Shown here one piece after another: positions 1 to 12,817 of a DNA stretch of 64,000 nt. Positions within the stretch are counted from its first letter, which is position 1, and each line of letters opens with the position of its first letter. A model generated the notes under the pieces. The model made no database searches and was not told the origin of the DNA. It worked only from the letters and a program-made list of their open reading frames with translations. The stretch is taken from assembly GCF_030684315.1 (NCBI RefSeq), contig NC_081365.1, positions 17,112,001 through 17,176,000 of the forward strand, given 5' to 3'. The stretch is from Stegostoma tigrinum. Its lineage: Eukaryota. A program made the translations under genes and the position numbers.

Positions 1-550
1 CCAATGGGATCTTTCCAGAAACTAAGGATTCTTGGAAGATTACAACCAGTACATCCATTATCTCTGCAGCTGCCTCTCGCTATCCTAAGATATATCCAAT
101 CAGGATTAGGGCTTTATTGATCTTTAGCCTAATTAGTTTCCTTAGTATTTCTTCTCTAGCAATAATTATTGTAAGTAATTCTTCTCCTCCTTATGTCCCT
201 TGATAATTTAATAATTTTGCAATGTCATTCATATCTTCCACTGTGAAAACCAATGAAAAGTTTTTATTCAACCCTTTTGTCATTTCGTGGTTCCTTATTA
301 TTATTCCTTGAACTCTAACCTTGTTCTCTAAAGGTTATGTTTACTTTGTCTTCTCTTTTCCTTTTTAAGTCTTTGAAGAAGCTCTCGTTGTCAAGTGCAA
401 GTTTACGTGCAAGTTTACCCTCAAAGTTTATTTTCTCAATTTTTTTTTGAGAATCTTCTACGGGCTTTTAAAACTCTCCCAATCTTTTGGTTCACCACTA
501 ATCTTGGTTTCTTTGCATATATTTTCCTTCTTGCAGTTTGATGCCTTTGT
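1..550 (-). mobile_element. Old degenerate CR1 LINE ORF2 fragment
   Basis: Reverse complement resembles the CR1 RT linker (..atggatgtactggttgtaatcttccaagaatcc..), homologous to 58900-59600. Ends approximate. Confidence 0.6.
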
Positions 551-1581
551 TAACAATGTCTGCCTTTTCATCTCATCTTGAGCTCTCTACCATAGCTGTC
601 ACACTAGCCCCTCCAAGTTGCTAACTCAACAGCACATACCACTTGTCATCTGCCCACTTTTCTCTACTAGCTGTTCTGGATTCAATCCAACATTCACTCA
701 GTTGAAGTTTCCTCCCTGAAGCCAAGGAACTGAATTTATGCTTTTGTTCTCTCTCTTTGCATGATGTTCTCTCCATTGGATTAAAGCAAACTTGGATCAA
801 ATAGTTAAGGTTATCTCCCTCTAACCTCCACTACAAGTCAGGGGGATGTAGTTCAAAATTGTAGTTCAACTGTAGAAAAGGTTGAGAGTAGGGTGGTCCA
901 AAATAAAGTTTCAGGGAAGCAAGATGGCACCGGCAAGCAAGAAGTTGGATTGAAGTGTGTCTACTTCAATGCCAGGAGCGTCGGGAATAAGGTGGGTGAA
1001 CTTGCAGCATGGCTTGGTACCTGGGACTTCAATGTTATGTCCATTTCGGAGACATGGATAGAGCAGGGACAGGAATGGTTGTTGCAGGTTCCAGGATTTA
1101 GATGTTTCAGTAAGAACAGAGAAGACGGTAAAAGGGGGGGAGGTGTGGCATTGTTGGTCAAGGACAGTATTACAGTTGCAGAAAGGATGCTTGGGGACTC
1201 GTCAACTGAGGTAGTATGGGCTGAGGTTAGAAACAGGAAAGGAGAGGTCACCCTGTTGGGAGTTTTCTATAGGCCTCCGAATAGTTCCAGAGATGTAGAG
1301 GAAAGGATAGCAAAGGTGATTCTCGACAGGAGTGAGAGAGACAGGGTAGTTGTCATGGGGGACTTCAACTTTCCAGATATTGGCTGGGAACACTATAGTT
1401 CAAGTACTATAGATGGATCAGTTTTTGTCCAGAGTGTGCAGGTGGGCTTCCTGACACAGTATGTAGATAGGCCTACAAGGGGCGAAGCCACATTAGATTT
1501 GGTACTGGGTAATGAGCTCGGCCAGGAGTTAGATTTGGAAGTAGGTGAGCACTTTGGTGATAGCGATCACAATTCTGTTAT

Positions 1582-1964
1582 CAGTGATAATGGGAACTGC
1601 AGATGCTGGAGAATCCAAGATAATAAAATGTGAGGCTGGATGAACACAGCAGGCCCAGCAGCATCTCAGGAGCACAAAAGCTGACGTTTCGGGCCTAGAC
1701 CCTTCATCAGAGAGGGGGATGGGGTGAGGGTTCCGTCTTCCCTGGACTGACCTATCCCCTCCCTACCTCCCCACCTATACTCTCCTCTCCACCTATCTTC
1801 TTTTCTCTCCATCTTCGGTCCACCTCCCCCTCTCTCCCTATTTATTCCAGAACCCTCACCCCATCCCCCTCTCTGATGAAGGGTCTAGGCCCGAAACGTC
1901 AGCTTTTGTGCTCCTGAGATGCTGCTGGGCCTGCTGTGTTCATCCAGCCTCACACTTTATTATC
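1582..1964. mobile_element. Penelope family A fold-back 3' fragment inserted in CR1
   Basis: 14-bp TSD cacaattctgttat (1568-1581, 1965-1978); inverted arms 1619-1733 / 1850-1964; same terminus as the GIY-YIG element at 30552-32826. Confidence 0.9.
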
Positions 1965-3504
1965 CACAATTCTGTTATGTTTACTTTAGTGATGGAAAGG
2001 GATAGGTGTATACCACTGGGCAAGAGTTATAGCTGGGGGAAAGGCAATTACGATGAGATTAGGCAAGATTTAGGGAGCATAGAATGGGGAAGGAAGCTGC
2101 AGGGGAAGGGCACATTAGAAATGTGAAGCTTATTCAAGGAAAAGCTCCTGTGTGTCCTAGATAAGTATGTACCTGTCAGGCAGGGAGGAAGCTGTAGGGC
2201 GCGGGAGCCGTGGTTTACGAAGGAGGTGGAATCTCTAGTCAAGAGGAAGAAGAAGGCTTACGTTAGGATGAGATGTGAAGGCTCAGTCAAGGCACTTGAG
2301 GGCTACGAGGTAGCCTGGAAAGACCTAAAGAGAGAGCTCAGAAGAGCCAGGAGGAGACATGAGAAGTTGTCGGCGGATAGGATCAGGGTAAACCCTAAGG
2401 CTTTCTATAGGTATTTAAGGAATAAAAGAATGACGAAAGTAAGATTAGGCCCAATCAAGGATAGTAGTGGTAAGTTGTGTGTGGAGTCAGATGAGATGGG
2501 GAAGCGCTAAATGAATATTTTTCAACAGTATTGACTCTAGAAAACGACAATGTTGTCAAGGAGAATACTGAGATACAGGCTACTAGATTAGGTGGGATTG
2601 AGTTTCACACAGAAGAGGTATTAGAAATCCTTCAGAAGGTGAAGATAGATAAGGCCCCTGGGCCGGATGGGATTTATCCTTGGATCCTCTGGGAAGCCAG
2701 GGAGGAGATTGCCGAGCCTTTGGCATTGATCTTTAACTCGTCATTGTCTACAGGAATAGTGCCAGATGACTGGAGGATAGCAAATGTGGTTCCCCTGTTC
2801 AAGAAGGGGAGTAGAGACAACCCTGGTAATTATAGACCAGTGAGCCTTACCTCAGTTGTTGGTAAAGTGTTGGAAAGGTTATAAGGGATAGGATTTATAA
2901 ACATCTAGAAAAGAATAAATTGATTAGGGATAGTCAGCACGGTTTTGTGAAGGGGAGGCCGTGCCTCACAAACTTTATTGAGTTCTTTGAGAAGGTGACC
3001 AAACAGGTAGATGAGAGTAAACCGGTTGATGTGGTGTATATGGATTTCAGCAAGGCGTTCGATAAGGTTCCCCACAATAGGCTATTTTACAAAATGCGGA
3101 GGAATGGAATTGTGGGAGATATCGCAGTTTGGATCGGAAATTGGCTGGCTGAAAGAAGGCAGAGGGTGGTAGTTGATGGGAAATGTTCATCCTGGAGAGC
3201 AGTTACTAGTGGTGTACCGCAAGGGTCGGTGTTGGGTCCACTGCTATTTGTCATTTTTATAAATGACCTGGATGAGGGTGTAGAAGGATGGGTTAGTAAA
3301 TTTGTAGACGACACTAAGGTCGGTGGAGTTGTGGATAGTGACGAAGGATGCTGTACGTTGTAGAGAGACATAGATAAGCTGCAGAGCTGGGCTGAGAGGT
3401 GGCAAATGGAGTTTAATGCGGACAAGTGTGAGGTGATGCACTTTGGTAGGTGTAACCGGAAGGCAAAGTACAGGGCTAATGGTAAGATTCTTAGCAGTGT
3501 AGAT

Positions 3505-3843
3505 AGAACATAGAACATAGAACAGTACAGCACAGAACAGGCCCTTCAGCCCACAATGTTGTGCTGACCATTGATCCTCATGTATGCACCCTCAAATTTC
3601 TGTGACCATATGCATGTCCAGCAGTCTCTTAAATGACCCCAATGACCTTGCTTCCACAACTGCTGCTGGCAACGCATTCCATGCTCTCACAACTCTCTGT
3701 GTAAAGAACCCGCCTCTGACATCCTGTCTATACTTTCCTCCAACCAGCTTAAAACTATGACCCCTCGTGTTAGCCATTTCTGCCCTGGGAAATAGTCTCT
3801 GGCTATCAACTCTATCTATTTCTCTCATTATCTTGTATATCTC
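3505..3843 (-). mobile_element. CR1 3' fragment nested antisense in CR1
   Basis: ORF2 C-terminus (TRGHSFKL..FFTQRVVRAWNALP) plus (AGAACAT)n tail; host reads gtagat|gagcag across it. Confidence 0.9.
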
Positions 3844-4580
3844 ATGAGCAGAGAGATCTCAGTGTCCATGTACACAGATCCTTGAAAGTTGCCATCCAGG
3901 TTGACAGGGCTGTTAAGAAGGAATACAGTGTTTTAGCTTTTATTAATAGAGGGATCGAGTTCCGGAACCAAGAGGTTATGGTGAAGCTGTACAAAACTCT
4001 TGTGCGGTTGCACTTGGAGTATTGTGTACAGTTCTGGCCACCGCGTTATAAGAAGGATGTGGAAGCTTTGGAAAGGGTGCAGAGGAGATTTACTAGGATG
4101 TTGCCTGGTATGGAGGGAAGGTCTTACGAGGATAGGCCGAGGGACTTGAGGCTGTTTTCATTAGAGAGAAGAAGGTTGAGAGGTGACTTAATTGAAACAT
4201 ATAAAATAATCAGAGGGTTAGATAGGGTGGATAGGGAGAGCCTTTTTCCTAGGATGGTGACAGCGACCACGAGGGGGCATAGCTTTAAATTGAGGGGTGA
4301 AAGATATAGGACAGATGTCAGAGGTAGTTTCTTTACTCAGAGAGTAGTAAGGGAATGGAACGCTTTGCCTGCAATGGTAGTAGATCCGCCAATTTTAGGT
4401 ACATTTAAGTCGTCATTGGACAAGCAAATGGACATACATGGAATAGTGTAGGTTAGATGGGCTTGAGATCGGTATGACAGGTCGTCACAACATCGAGGGC
4501 CGAAGGGCCTGTACTGTGCTCTAATGTTCTATGTTCTATGTTCTATGTACAAGTCATTGTCCAAGGTCCCATCTATTTTA

Positions 4581-4800
4581 GATAACAAGGTGTAGAGCTG
4601 GATGAACGCAGCAAGCCAAGCAGCATAAGAGGAGCAGGAAAGCTGGTGTTTCAGGTCTAGACTCTTCGTGACTCTTTCTGAAGAAGGACCTAGGCCCAAA
4701 ATATCAGCTTCCCTGCTCGGCTGATGCTGTTTGGCCTGCTGTGTTCATCCAGCTCTGCACCTTGGTATCTCAGATTCTCCAGCATCGGCAGTTCCTATTA
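4581..4800. mobile_element. Older Penelope-A-related hairpin fragment
   Basis: Inverted arms gataacaaggtgtagagctggatgaa / ttcatccagctctgcaccttggtatc; degenerate ctgaagaagg..cccaaaa motif. Confidence 0.75.
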
Positions 4801-4825
4801 GGTATGTCCCATTATTTTGTCTTGT

Positions 4826-5158
4826 TTAGATTAGGTTAGATTCCCTACAGTGTGGAAACAGGCCCTTCGGCCTAACAAGTCCACGCCGCCCCTTGAAACA
4901 TCCCACCCAGACCCAGACCCAGACCCATCCCCCTATAACCCACACACCCCAGAACACTACAGATAATTTAACAAGGCCGATCCACCTAGCCTGCACATCT
5001 TTGGACTGTGGGAGGAAACCGGAGCACACAGAGGAAACCCATGCAGACACGGGGAGAATGTGCAAACTCCACACAGACAGTTGCCTGAGGCTGGAATCGA
5101 ACCCGGGTCCCTGGAGCTGTGAGGCTGCAGTGCTAACCACTGAGCCACTGTGCCACCC
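4826..5158 (-). mobile_element. HE1-like V-SINE
   Basis: tRNA-like head with A box (tggctcagtgg) and B box (ggttcgattcc), V-domain tgtgtggagtttgcacattctcccc, CR1-like 3' end. Confidence 0.88.
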
Positions 5159-6218
5159 TGATCAAAGCCTGTTTGTCTGCTGTTCCACACAAGCCCACCC
5201 ATGGCTCCTGCTGCTATGTTCCCACTTCTTTCCATATAATTCAGTATTAGGATAGTAACAGGAGTAGGCCTTTCAGCGTCTTAAGCTGGTTCCATCATTT
5301 AATGCGATCATTGCTGATCTGTAGCCTAACTCGATAACAAAGAACAAAGAAAATTACAGCACAGAAACAGGCCCTTCGACCCTCCAAGCCTGCGCCAGTC
5401 CAGATCCTCTATCTAAACCCGTCACTTATTTTCGAAGGATCTGTATCCCTGTGCTCCCTGCCCATTCATGTATCTGTCTATCATCCTTAATGTATAGGAT
5501 AACATAAAAAACTCTGGCATCCTTTGTGTATAGAAGTGCTTCCAAGTCTCCAATTCAATTGCCTCCTGTACTGTACCATTCCTGTCATCTATCATTCCTC
5601 TTACCTATACTACTACAATTGTACTATTTTGGTTTTATCCAATATCTACTGTTCTAAGTAAAGCTTGTCCAACATTCAGGAACATTCAGTTTAATGCTTT
5701 AGCAATAAACATGAACAGACTGCATTTATGTGGCAATTACAAGCAGAGAGAATGCCATAAGGTGCTTCATAGAGGCAGGTCGCTTAAAGAAAAATTACAT
5801 CAAACCAAAGGAGATATTGGAAACGGCAACAATAAACATGATCAAAGAAGTGAATTTTAAGGAAATTTCTGAATTAAGATGGGAAGCTGACAGTTTTTTA
5901 AAACTCTTTCTCTGGAATTGAGTGTCACTATAAAGGCAGGTAATTTATTACCTACTACCATTCAACTGCATGCTTGGTGAGGCATTTCAGAGGGCGGTTA
6001 AGAGACAGCATCTTTGTTGGCCTGGAGTCACATGTAGGCCAGAACTGGGTAAGGATGGCAGATTTCCTTTCCTCAACAATACCAGTGAAGCATGTGTTTC
6101 TTCTCACACAACAATCAATGTAAGCTGTAATGGCTGACATTATGGAGGCCAGCTTTAAATTCCAGATTTCTTAATTGGCTGAGTACAAACTTCAGGGTGA
6201 GATTTCAATCCATGCTTT

Positions 6219-6593
6219 CTTTTGTTTATTCATGGGACTTGGGAGTCGCTGGCTGACCAGCATTTATTACCCGCTCCAAGCTGCCCTTGAACTGCATGGC
6301 TTGCTGGGCCATTTCAGAGGGCAGTTGAGAGTCTAACACACTGCTGGGGGTCAGGAGTCAAGTGAAGGCCAGACAAGGTGAGGATGGCAGTTTCTTTCCC
6401 AGAAGGACATTAGTGAGCCAAACGGGTTTTTGCAACGATCAGCAATGGTTTCAGGGTCATCTGTAGATTCTTAATTCTAGATTTTTGTTCTTAAAAATTG
6501 AATCCCAATTCTACAATGGCAGGATTCAAACCCAGATCTCCAGAGCATTAGCTGGATTAATAGTCTAGTGATAGCACCACTAGGCTATCACCC
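6219..6593 (-). mobile_element. tRNA-derived SINE (second family)
   Basis: A/B-box head and LINE-like 3' end ccagcgactcccaagtcccatgaataaa; homologous copies near 5925-6200, 37336-37660, 40885-41240, 41950-42470 and 55555-55940. Confidence 0.7.
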
Positions 6594-9405
6594 GCTCTAC
6601 AGAAGTGCCCAGACTTTGAACATGGGCCTCAGAGCTGTAAGACCAGTGACAGCACCACTACTCTACCATTCACCCCCTGAAGTAATGGGTTGGAAGGAAG
6701 GAATTCAACACATGAAGCCTGACTGGCTGAAAACATTGTTAGTTTGCTGTGATGGAGAAGGAATGCCCACAGCTGGTGAGCATTGGAGAACTGGAAGAAG
6801 GAGGTAGGAATTTAAATGCCAGGGTGATCATTTTAGATTTGTGTCTTTTGGGGACCCAATAAGGACAATAAAGGAGAGCTGTCCCGAGTGACACTGAATT
6901 TAGTGCAGGATAGGAGATGAGCCGCAGAACTTTGAAGAAGTTGAAATTTATAGATGGTTAAAGATGAGACGCCAGCAGGAGATCACTGGAGTTGTGAATT
7001 CTGACAAAAACATGGATGACACAAAATGTCTTCAATGCTAAAATAATTTCAAGTAAAGGCTCAGGAGTATATCAGCCATCTGTTTTAAATGGTATTACAT
7101 TTAATAGGCAGCTCAGTGCAAACACAGGCTGTCCGAGTGGAAAATAACATATCAGCTTATTAAAGCAATTTTGATAACATACGACAAATTAGTTAATTAA
7201 TCAAACTCATGTTCAACCAAATAACATTAATGAACTAACAGACAACAGCATTTAGCAATGGTATAAAAATTGTTTATTAACCGTGCAATCATTCAGGAGA
7301 AAATATGGACGCAGCAGCAATAATAACAATGGCCATACGTAGCCAAACTATCAGAAGTACAGGCCATCAACAAGGCGTGAAATCTTTTAGCTCAGAACCC
7401 CTGGGATAAATGTTCATCACAGTCCATAGCGACAGGGTAATTTGATAGAGCTGACTGTCTGCTTTTAAGAACAGAGCAGATTGCCTCAGTGTCCTGAAAA
7501 TATTTACCTCTCAATCGACATTATTCATCATTTCAGATTGCTGGCCGTGGGGCAGCTTGAGTTGGCAAATTACCTGTTGTGTTTCCTACATTTCAACAGA
7601 GACTTGGCTTCAAAGGTACTCTGGGATGCCCTGGATTGTGAAGGTACTATATAAATGCAAGTTCCTTCTCTCTTTGTGAATGTGGGCTTAATAGAATGAG
7701 AGTCTTACAGAAAGGATAATGTTCTGTTCACCCAGGTTACAGCCCTGGGAGATGCTGAAGGCAGACAGTGTTACAGGGTTGGCTATCAGTTTAAATAATG
7801 ACCAATATGATTTTAGGACAGAGGTATGAAACTCAGCAGTAGGTCACGCAGAGCTGTGGTTGTTGACGATAGAGTGTAGGGGCTCATAAATTAGGAACAC
7901 AAACAAGATTGTGAACGTTTTCAGCCAAACAGAATAAGACGCCTTTAATTACTCAATGCTTCCCTGAAACTAGGGCCAGCTCACCCGTGACCTGGTATTA
8001 AATAAGCTCCATGGTAACAGAGAGGGGACAGCGGAATTAAAGGTGGGAGTGGAAGTGTGAAAACTGATGACAATCCCTTTTACTGGCACTGGCACATTGT
8101 GACTCAGGGGCAATTTAAATAAGTGATACTCCAAAGAGCACAAGGTAATAGGAAACAGCTTTTCCGTCATTTGGAAAAAATGCCCTGTGGGAGAAAATAG
8201 AAGTCTCCAACCCTGAGTTTAATTTCATTTGTATCAAATTGCCTCAGTCCACGCCGCTTTGATCAATCACGATCTGCGTGCAACTCAACCCCCCTTCCGA
8301 CAATCAATCTTTTTTTCCCATTAATGAATGAGTCTTGCTGTCAAAGACTCTGCCCATTCAAAATGCTTGCCAGTAGCCATGATTTCTAATGGAAGAAAGT
8401 AGTGTGCACAAAATGTAGGTAGAGCCATAAAGCAATCAAAGTCCTCGAAGGCACCGTCAATCTGGTCAAACTGCAGTCACATGTCTCGTTTTCTGTGGGT
8501 ATATAGCAACATTGGCCATGTATTGATTTACTGTTTGCTCCAGGCTTCCAAGATTACTGGCTGGAACCACTGGCATCTGTTCAAAGCAGAGAAAAGACAG
8601 GTAAATCCGAGTTAAGCTTCATACAGGCTGATTACATTCAAAGGCTAATTTTCACAAGACGTAAGAGAAGGTGTGGTGAAGGTTCACAGAATTTATTCCT
8701 GCAATGAAAGGGATGCCCTATCTTATGGACCACGTCCCCCTCAAACGTAACCTAGAACCTAACTTTTCCTATTTTAAGAATGAGTGTAATGTGCTATATT
8801 CCAGATGCAATTCAACTGGGCAAACTACTCAACATCGAGCAAAACACCATTTATTCAACACTACGGTTAAAATACAACAAAAGAAAGAAGAACATAAAAT
8901 AATAACTCTATTGGAAAACATACCGCTTAGATACGGTAACTATTACTAATTATGTGTTCCAATATAGTAACATCCCATAAACACCCACTTGGTCAGATTT
9001 TCTCACATGCCACACCCATGCTAGAAAGAGAAATTCAAGTTTTAAGAAGATTTGTAGCTCAGGTCGAGGTTCTGGATGTGAGTTTGCTCGCTGAGGTGGA
9101 AGGTTCGTTTTCAGACGTTTCGTCACCTTTTTTTTATTTGAAAAAATATACTTTATTCATAGAATGTACAAAAAATAAAACATTTATACACCTATCCAGT
9201 CATGCAAGCCACTCCGGGTTACCCGGGGGTACGTACACCAACTAATGGAAAAAAAAACAAAACAGAGAAAAAAAACAAAGCAAAGAAACCGCCCCGGCAG
9301 TCGTCACCCCGCACAGTCCCAGTTGGCCCCCTGACCAGTTGGGGAAGGTGCCAGCTGGGCCCAGTTACCAGATAGGATTCTTTTCCCTTTTCTGGACGAG
9401 GGGGC

Positions 9406-12400
9406 TCATACGGTGGTCTTTCCCCACCGCGCCTTGGCGGCGGCTGCCCCAAGCTTTAGCGCGTCCCTCAGCACGTAGCCCTGGACCTTGGAGTGCGCCA
9501 GTCTGCAACACTCGGTCGGGGTCAGTTCTTTCAGCTGGCAGACCAGCAAGTTGCGGGCAGACCAAAGAGCATCTTTCACCGCATTGATGGTCCTCCAGGC
9601 GCAGTTGATGTTGGTCTCTGTGTGCGTCCCCGGAAACAGCCTGTAGAGCACGGAGTCCCGCGTCACGGAGCTGCTCGGGACGAACCTCGACAAATACCAC
9701 TGCATCCCCCTCCAGACCTCCTGTGCATAGGCACACTCCAGAAGGAGGTGATCAACAGTCTCGTCCCCCCCGCAGCCACCTCGAGGGCAGCGTGCGGTGG
9801 TGCAGAGATTCCGGGCGTGCATAAAGGATCTCACTGGCAGAGCCCCTCTCACCGCCAGCCAAGCAATGTCCTTGTGCTTGTTTGAAAGTTCTGGCGATGA
9901 GACATTCTGCCAAACGACTTTGGCAGTCTGCGTGGGGAACCACACGATGGGATCCACCCTCTCCTTTTCCCGAAGGGTCCTGAGGATACTACATGCTGAC
10001 CACTGCCTGACGGCCTTGTGGTCAAAGGTGTTTCCTTTCAAAAATTTCTCCACGAAGGACAGGTGGTACGGAACGGTCCAACTACTCGGAGCGTTCCGCG
10101 GCAACGAGGCCAGGCCCATCCTTCGCAACACCGGGGACAGGTAGAACCTCAGTAAGTAGTGACACTTGGTGTTTGCATACTGAGGATCTATGCACAGCTT
10201 GATGCAGCCACACACAAAGGTAGCCGTCAGGGCGAGGGTGGCGTTCGGTACGCCCCTTCCCCCATTTCCCAGGTCTTTGTACATGGTGTCTCTGCGGACC
10301 CGGTCCATCCTCGACCCCCAAATGAAGTGGAAGATGGCCCGGGTGACCGCAGCAGCGCGGGTCCAGGTAATAGGCCAGGCCTGCGCCACATACAACAGCA
10401 CCGAAAGCCCCTCGCACCTGACAACCAGGTTCTTACCCGCGATGGAGAGGGACCGGAGCGTCCACCTGTCCAGCTTCTGCTTAAATTTGGCGATACATTC
10501 CTCCCAAGTCTTAGTGCATGCCCCAGCTCCACCAAACAAAACACCCAGCACCTTCAGGTAGTCTGTCCTGACGGTGAAGGGGATGAAGGAGCGGTCGTCC
10601 CAGTTTCCGAAGAACATGACCTCGCTCTTAACCCTATTGACTTTGGCACCCGAGGCCAGTTCAAACTGTTCCAACAGTCTACTCACCGACCGACGTTCGG
10701 TGCAGAAGACGGTGACATCGTCCATGTACAGGGAGGTCTTGACCTGAAGGCCTCCGCTGCCTGGGATAGTCACGCCCTTCAGGCTCACGTCCTTCCTGAT
10801 GGAGGCGGCGAAGGGCTCCACACAGCACACGAACAAGGCAGGAGAGAGCGGGCAGCCCTGCCTGGCTCCAGATCTAACAGGAAAACTGTCTGATTCCCAC
10901 CCGTTGATCAAGACTGCGTTAACGATGTTGGCGTAGAGCAGCCGGATCCAATTGCGGATGCCCTCCCCGAACCCCAATTTGGAGAGGACGTCCCTCATGT
11001 AAGCATGAAAGACCCTGTCGAAGGCCTTCTCCTGGTCCAGGCTGACGAGGCAGGTGTCAACCCGCCTGTCCTGTACGCAGGCGATCGTATCCCTGATGAG
11101 CGCGAGGCTCTCAGCGATCTTCCTGCCCGGCACAGCACAGGTTTGGTCAGGGTGAATCACTGACTCCAGGACAGACCTGACCCGGTTGGCAATGACCTTG
11201 GCCAGGATTTTGTAGTCCACATTCAAAAGTGAGATGGGACGCCAATTCTTAATTTCTTCCCTCTCCCCCTTCCTCTTGTAAATGAGGGTGATGATGCCCT
11301 TCCTCATGGACTTGCACATTTCCCCTGCCCGAAGTGCACTATTGTACACCTCCAGCAGGTCCTGGCCGACCAGGCCCCACAGAGCGGAATACAGCTCGAC
11401 CGGTAAGCCGTCGCTTCTGGGAGTCCTATTCCTCTGCAAGGACATGTGGGCTCTGGCCAGCTCGTCCAGGGATATCGGCCGGTCCAGCCACTCCCTCGTG
11501 CCGTCGTCTAAGACCTCCGTGATAGACGACAGGAACGACTCGGAGGCCGTGCTGTCCATGGGCTTCGTGTCGTACAGTCCGGCATAGAAGGATCTGCTGA
11601 TCCTCAAAACGTCGGGCCGAGACGACGTCACCGAGCCGTCGTCCTCCTTCAGCCGGCTAAGCACAGAACTCTCTTTGTGCACCTTCTAAAAGAAGAAACG
11701 CGAGCACGTCTCGTCCTGCTCCACGGAGCGGACCCTGGACCAGAAGATTATCCAGGAGGCCTCCGCGGCGAAGAGCGAGGCTTGCTGGCCCCTCACCTCG
11801 CGGAGGTCCTCCGTGACATCGACCCCCATCAACTGCAGAAGGAGCAGGTTCTGCACCCTTTTCTGGAGTCGCGACAGCTTTTCCCGCCTCTCTCTTGCCT
11901 TCTGAACACCCTTGAGGACAAAGAACCTCTTGATGTTCTCCTTCACCGTCTCCCACCAGTCGACTGGAGACTCAAAGAGGGGTTTCACGGTTCTCCAACC
12001 GGCGTACTCCCTCTTAAGCTCCTCGACGTTCTCTGGGGTCAACAGAGTCGTGTTGAGCTTCCACGTCCCCTTGCCGGCCGGCTGGTCGTCCTGTAAGTGA
12101 CAGTCGGCCAACAGGAGGCAGTGGTCAGAGAAGAACACCGGCTCGACACCGGTGGACCTGACCGAGAACGTCCGTGACACAAACAGGAAGTCTATCCTTG
12201 AGTGGATAGACCCATCTGGCCGCGACCAGGTGTACCTCCGCTGTGCTCTGTCTGCAGGGGTGCTGAAGACGTCGAGCAGCTTGGCATCCTTCACCGTACC
12301 CATCAGGAATCTGGACGTGACGTCCAGTTGAATCCCCCCACCCGCTGTCCCCACGCCGGATCTTCCATCTGCATCAATGATGCAGTTGAAGTCCCCGCCT

Positions 12401-12817
12401 AGGATGACCGGCCTGGACGTAGCCAGCAGGGGTGGAAGCCGCTGCAGGACGGCCAACCGCTCACTCCGTACCGCTGGGGCGTACACGTTGATCAGCCTCA
12501 GGGGAGCGTTCCTGTAGGTGATGTCTGCCACTTGGAGGCGCCCCCCCCACCACCTCCTGAACTTGAGAGATGGTGAAGTTGCACCCCCACAGCAGAATAG
12601 CCAGGCCCGAAGAGCGACAGTCGTTACCCCCCGACCAGATCGAAGGCCCACAGGTCCAGGCGCCGGACCATTTCCCGTACCTGCCGAGGTGCGGTATCCC
12701 GCACTCCTGCAGAAACAGGAGGTCCGCCTTGATGGTGGTCAGGTAGGCCAACGTGGACACACATCTCGCGGTTGACTTGACGCTGCGTACATTAATGCTC
12801 GCAATTCATGCCCCCAT
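9406..12817 (-). pseudogene. Tx1 ORF2 (APE endonuclease - RT - C-terminal Cys motif) with three evident lesions
   Basis: MGA*IASINVRS (TGA 12806-12808), FLQE, frameshift in the G-run 12541-12548, NVYAP, GGDFN, SRIDF, SDH, TAG at 11686-11688, NWRPISLLNVDYKI, DQEKAFD, RQGCPLSP, YMDD, CPRGGC..ETVDHLLLEC. Confidence 0.93.

Larger units (their letters stand above)
837..4548 (+). mobile_element. CR1-clade LINE, near-complete ORF2 (APE endonuclease + RT), disrupted
   Basis: EN motifs YFNARS, ISETW, YRPP, MGDFN, SDHN; RT motifs [34 protein letters not shown]. Has stops/frameshifts, a (TTCTATG)n tail at 4525-4548 and two nested insertions. Confidence 0.95.

Noticed and set aside
5090-5158. tRNA genes
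   Set aside because: tRNA-like heads of SINEs that continue into SINE body and tail; no complete cloverleaf.
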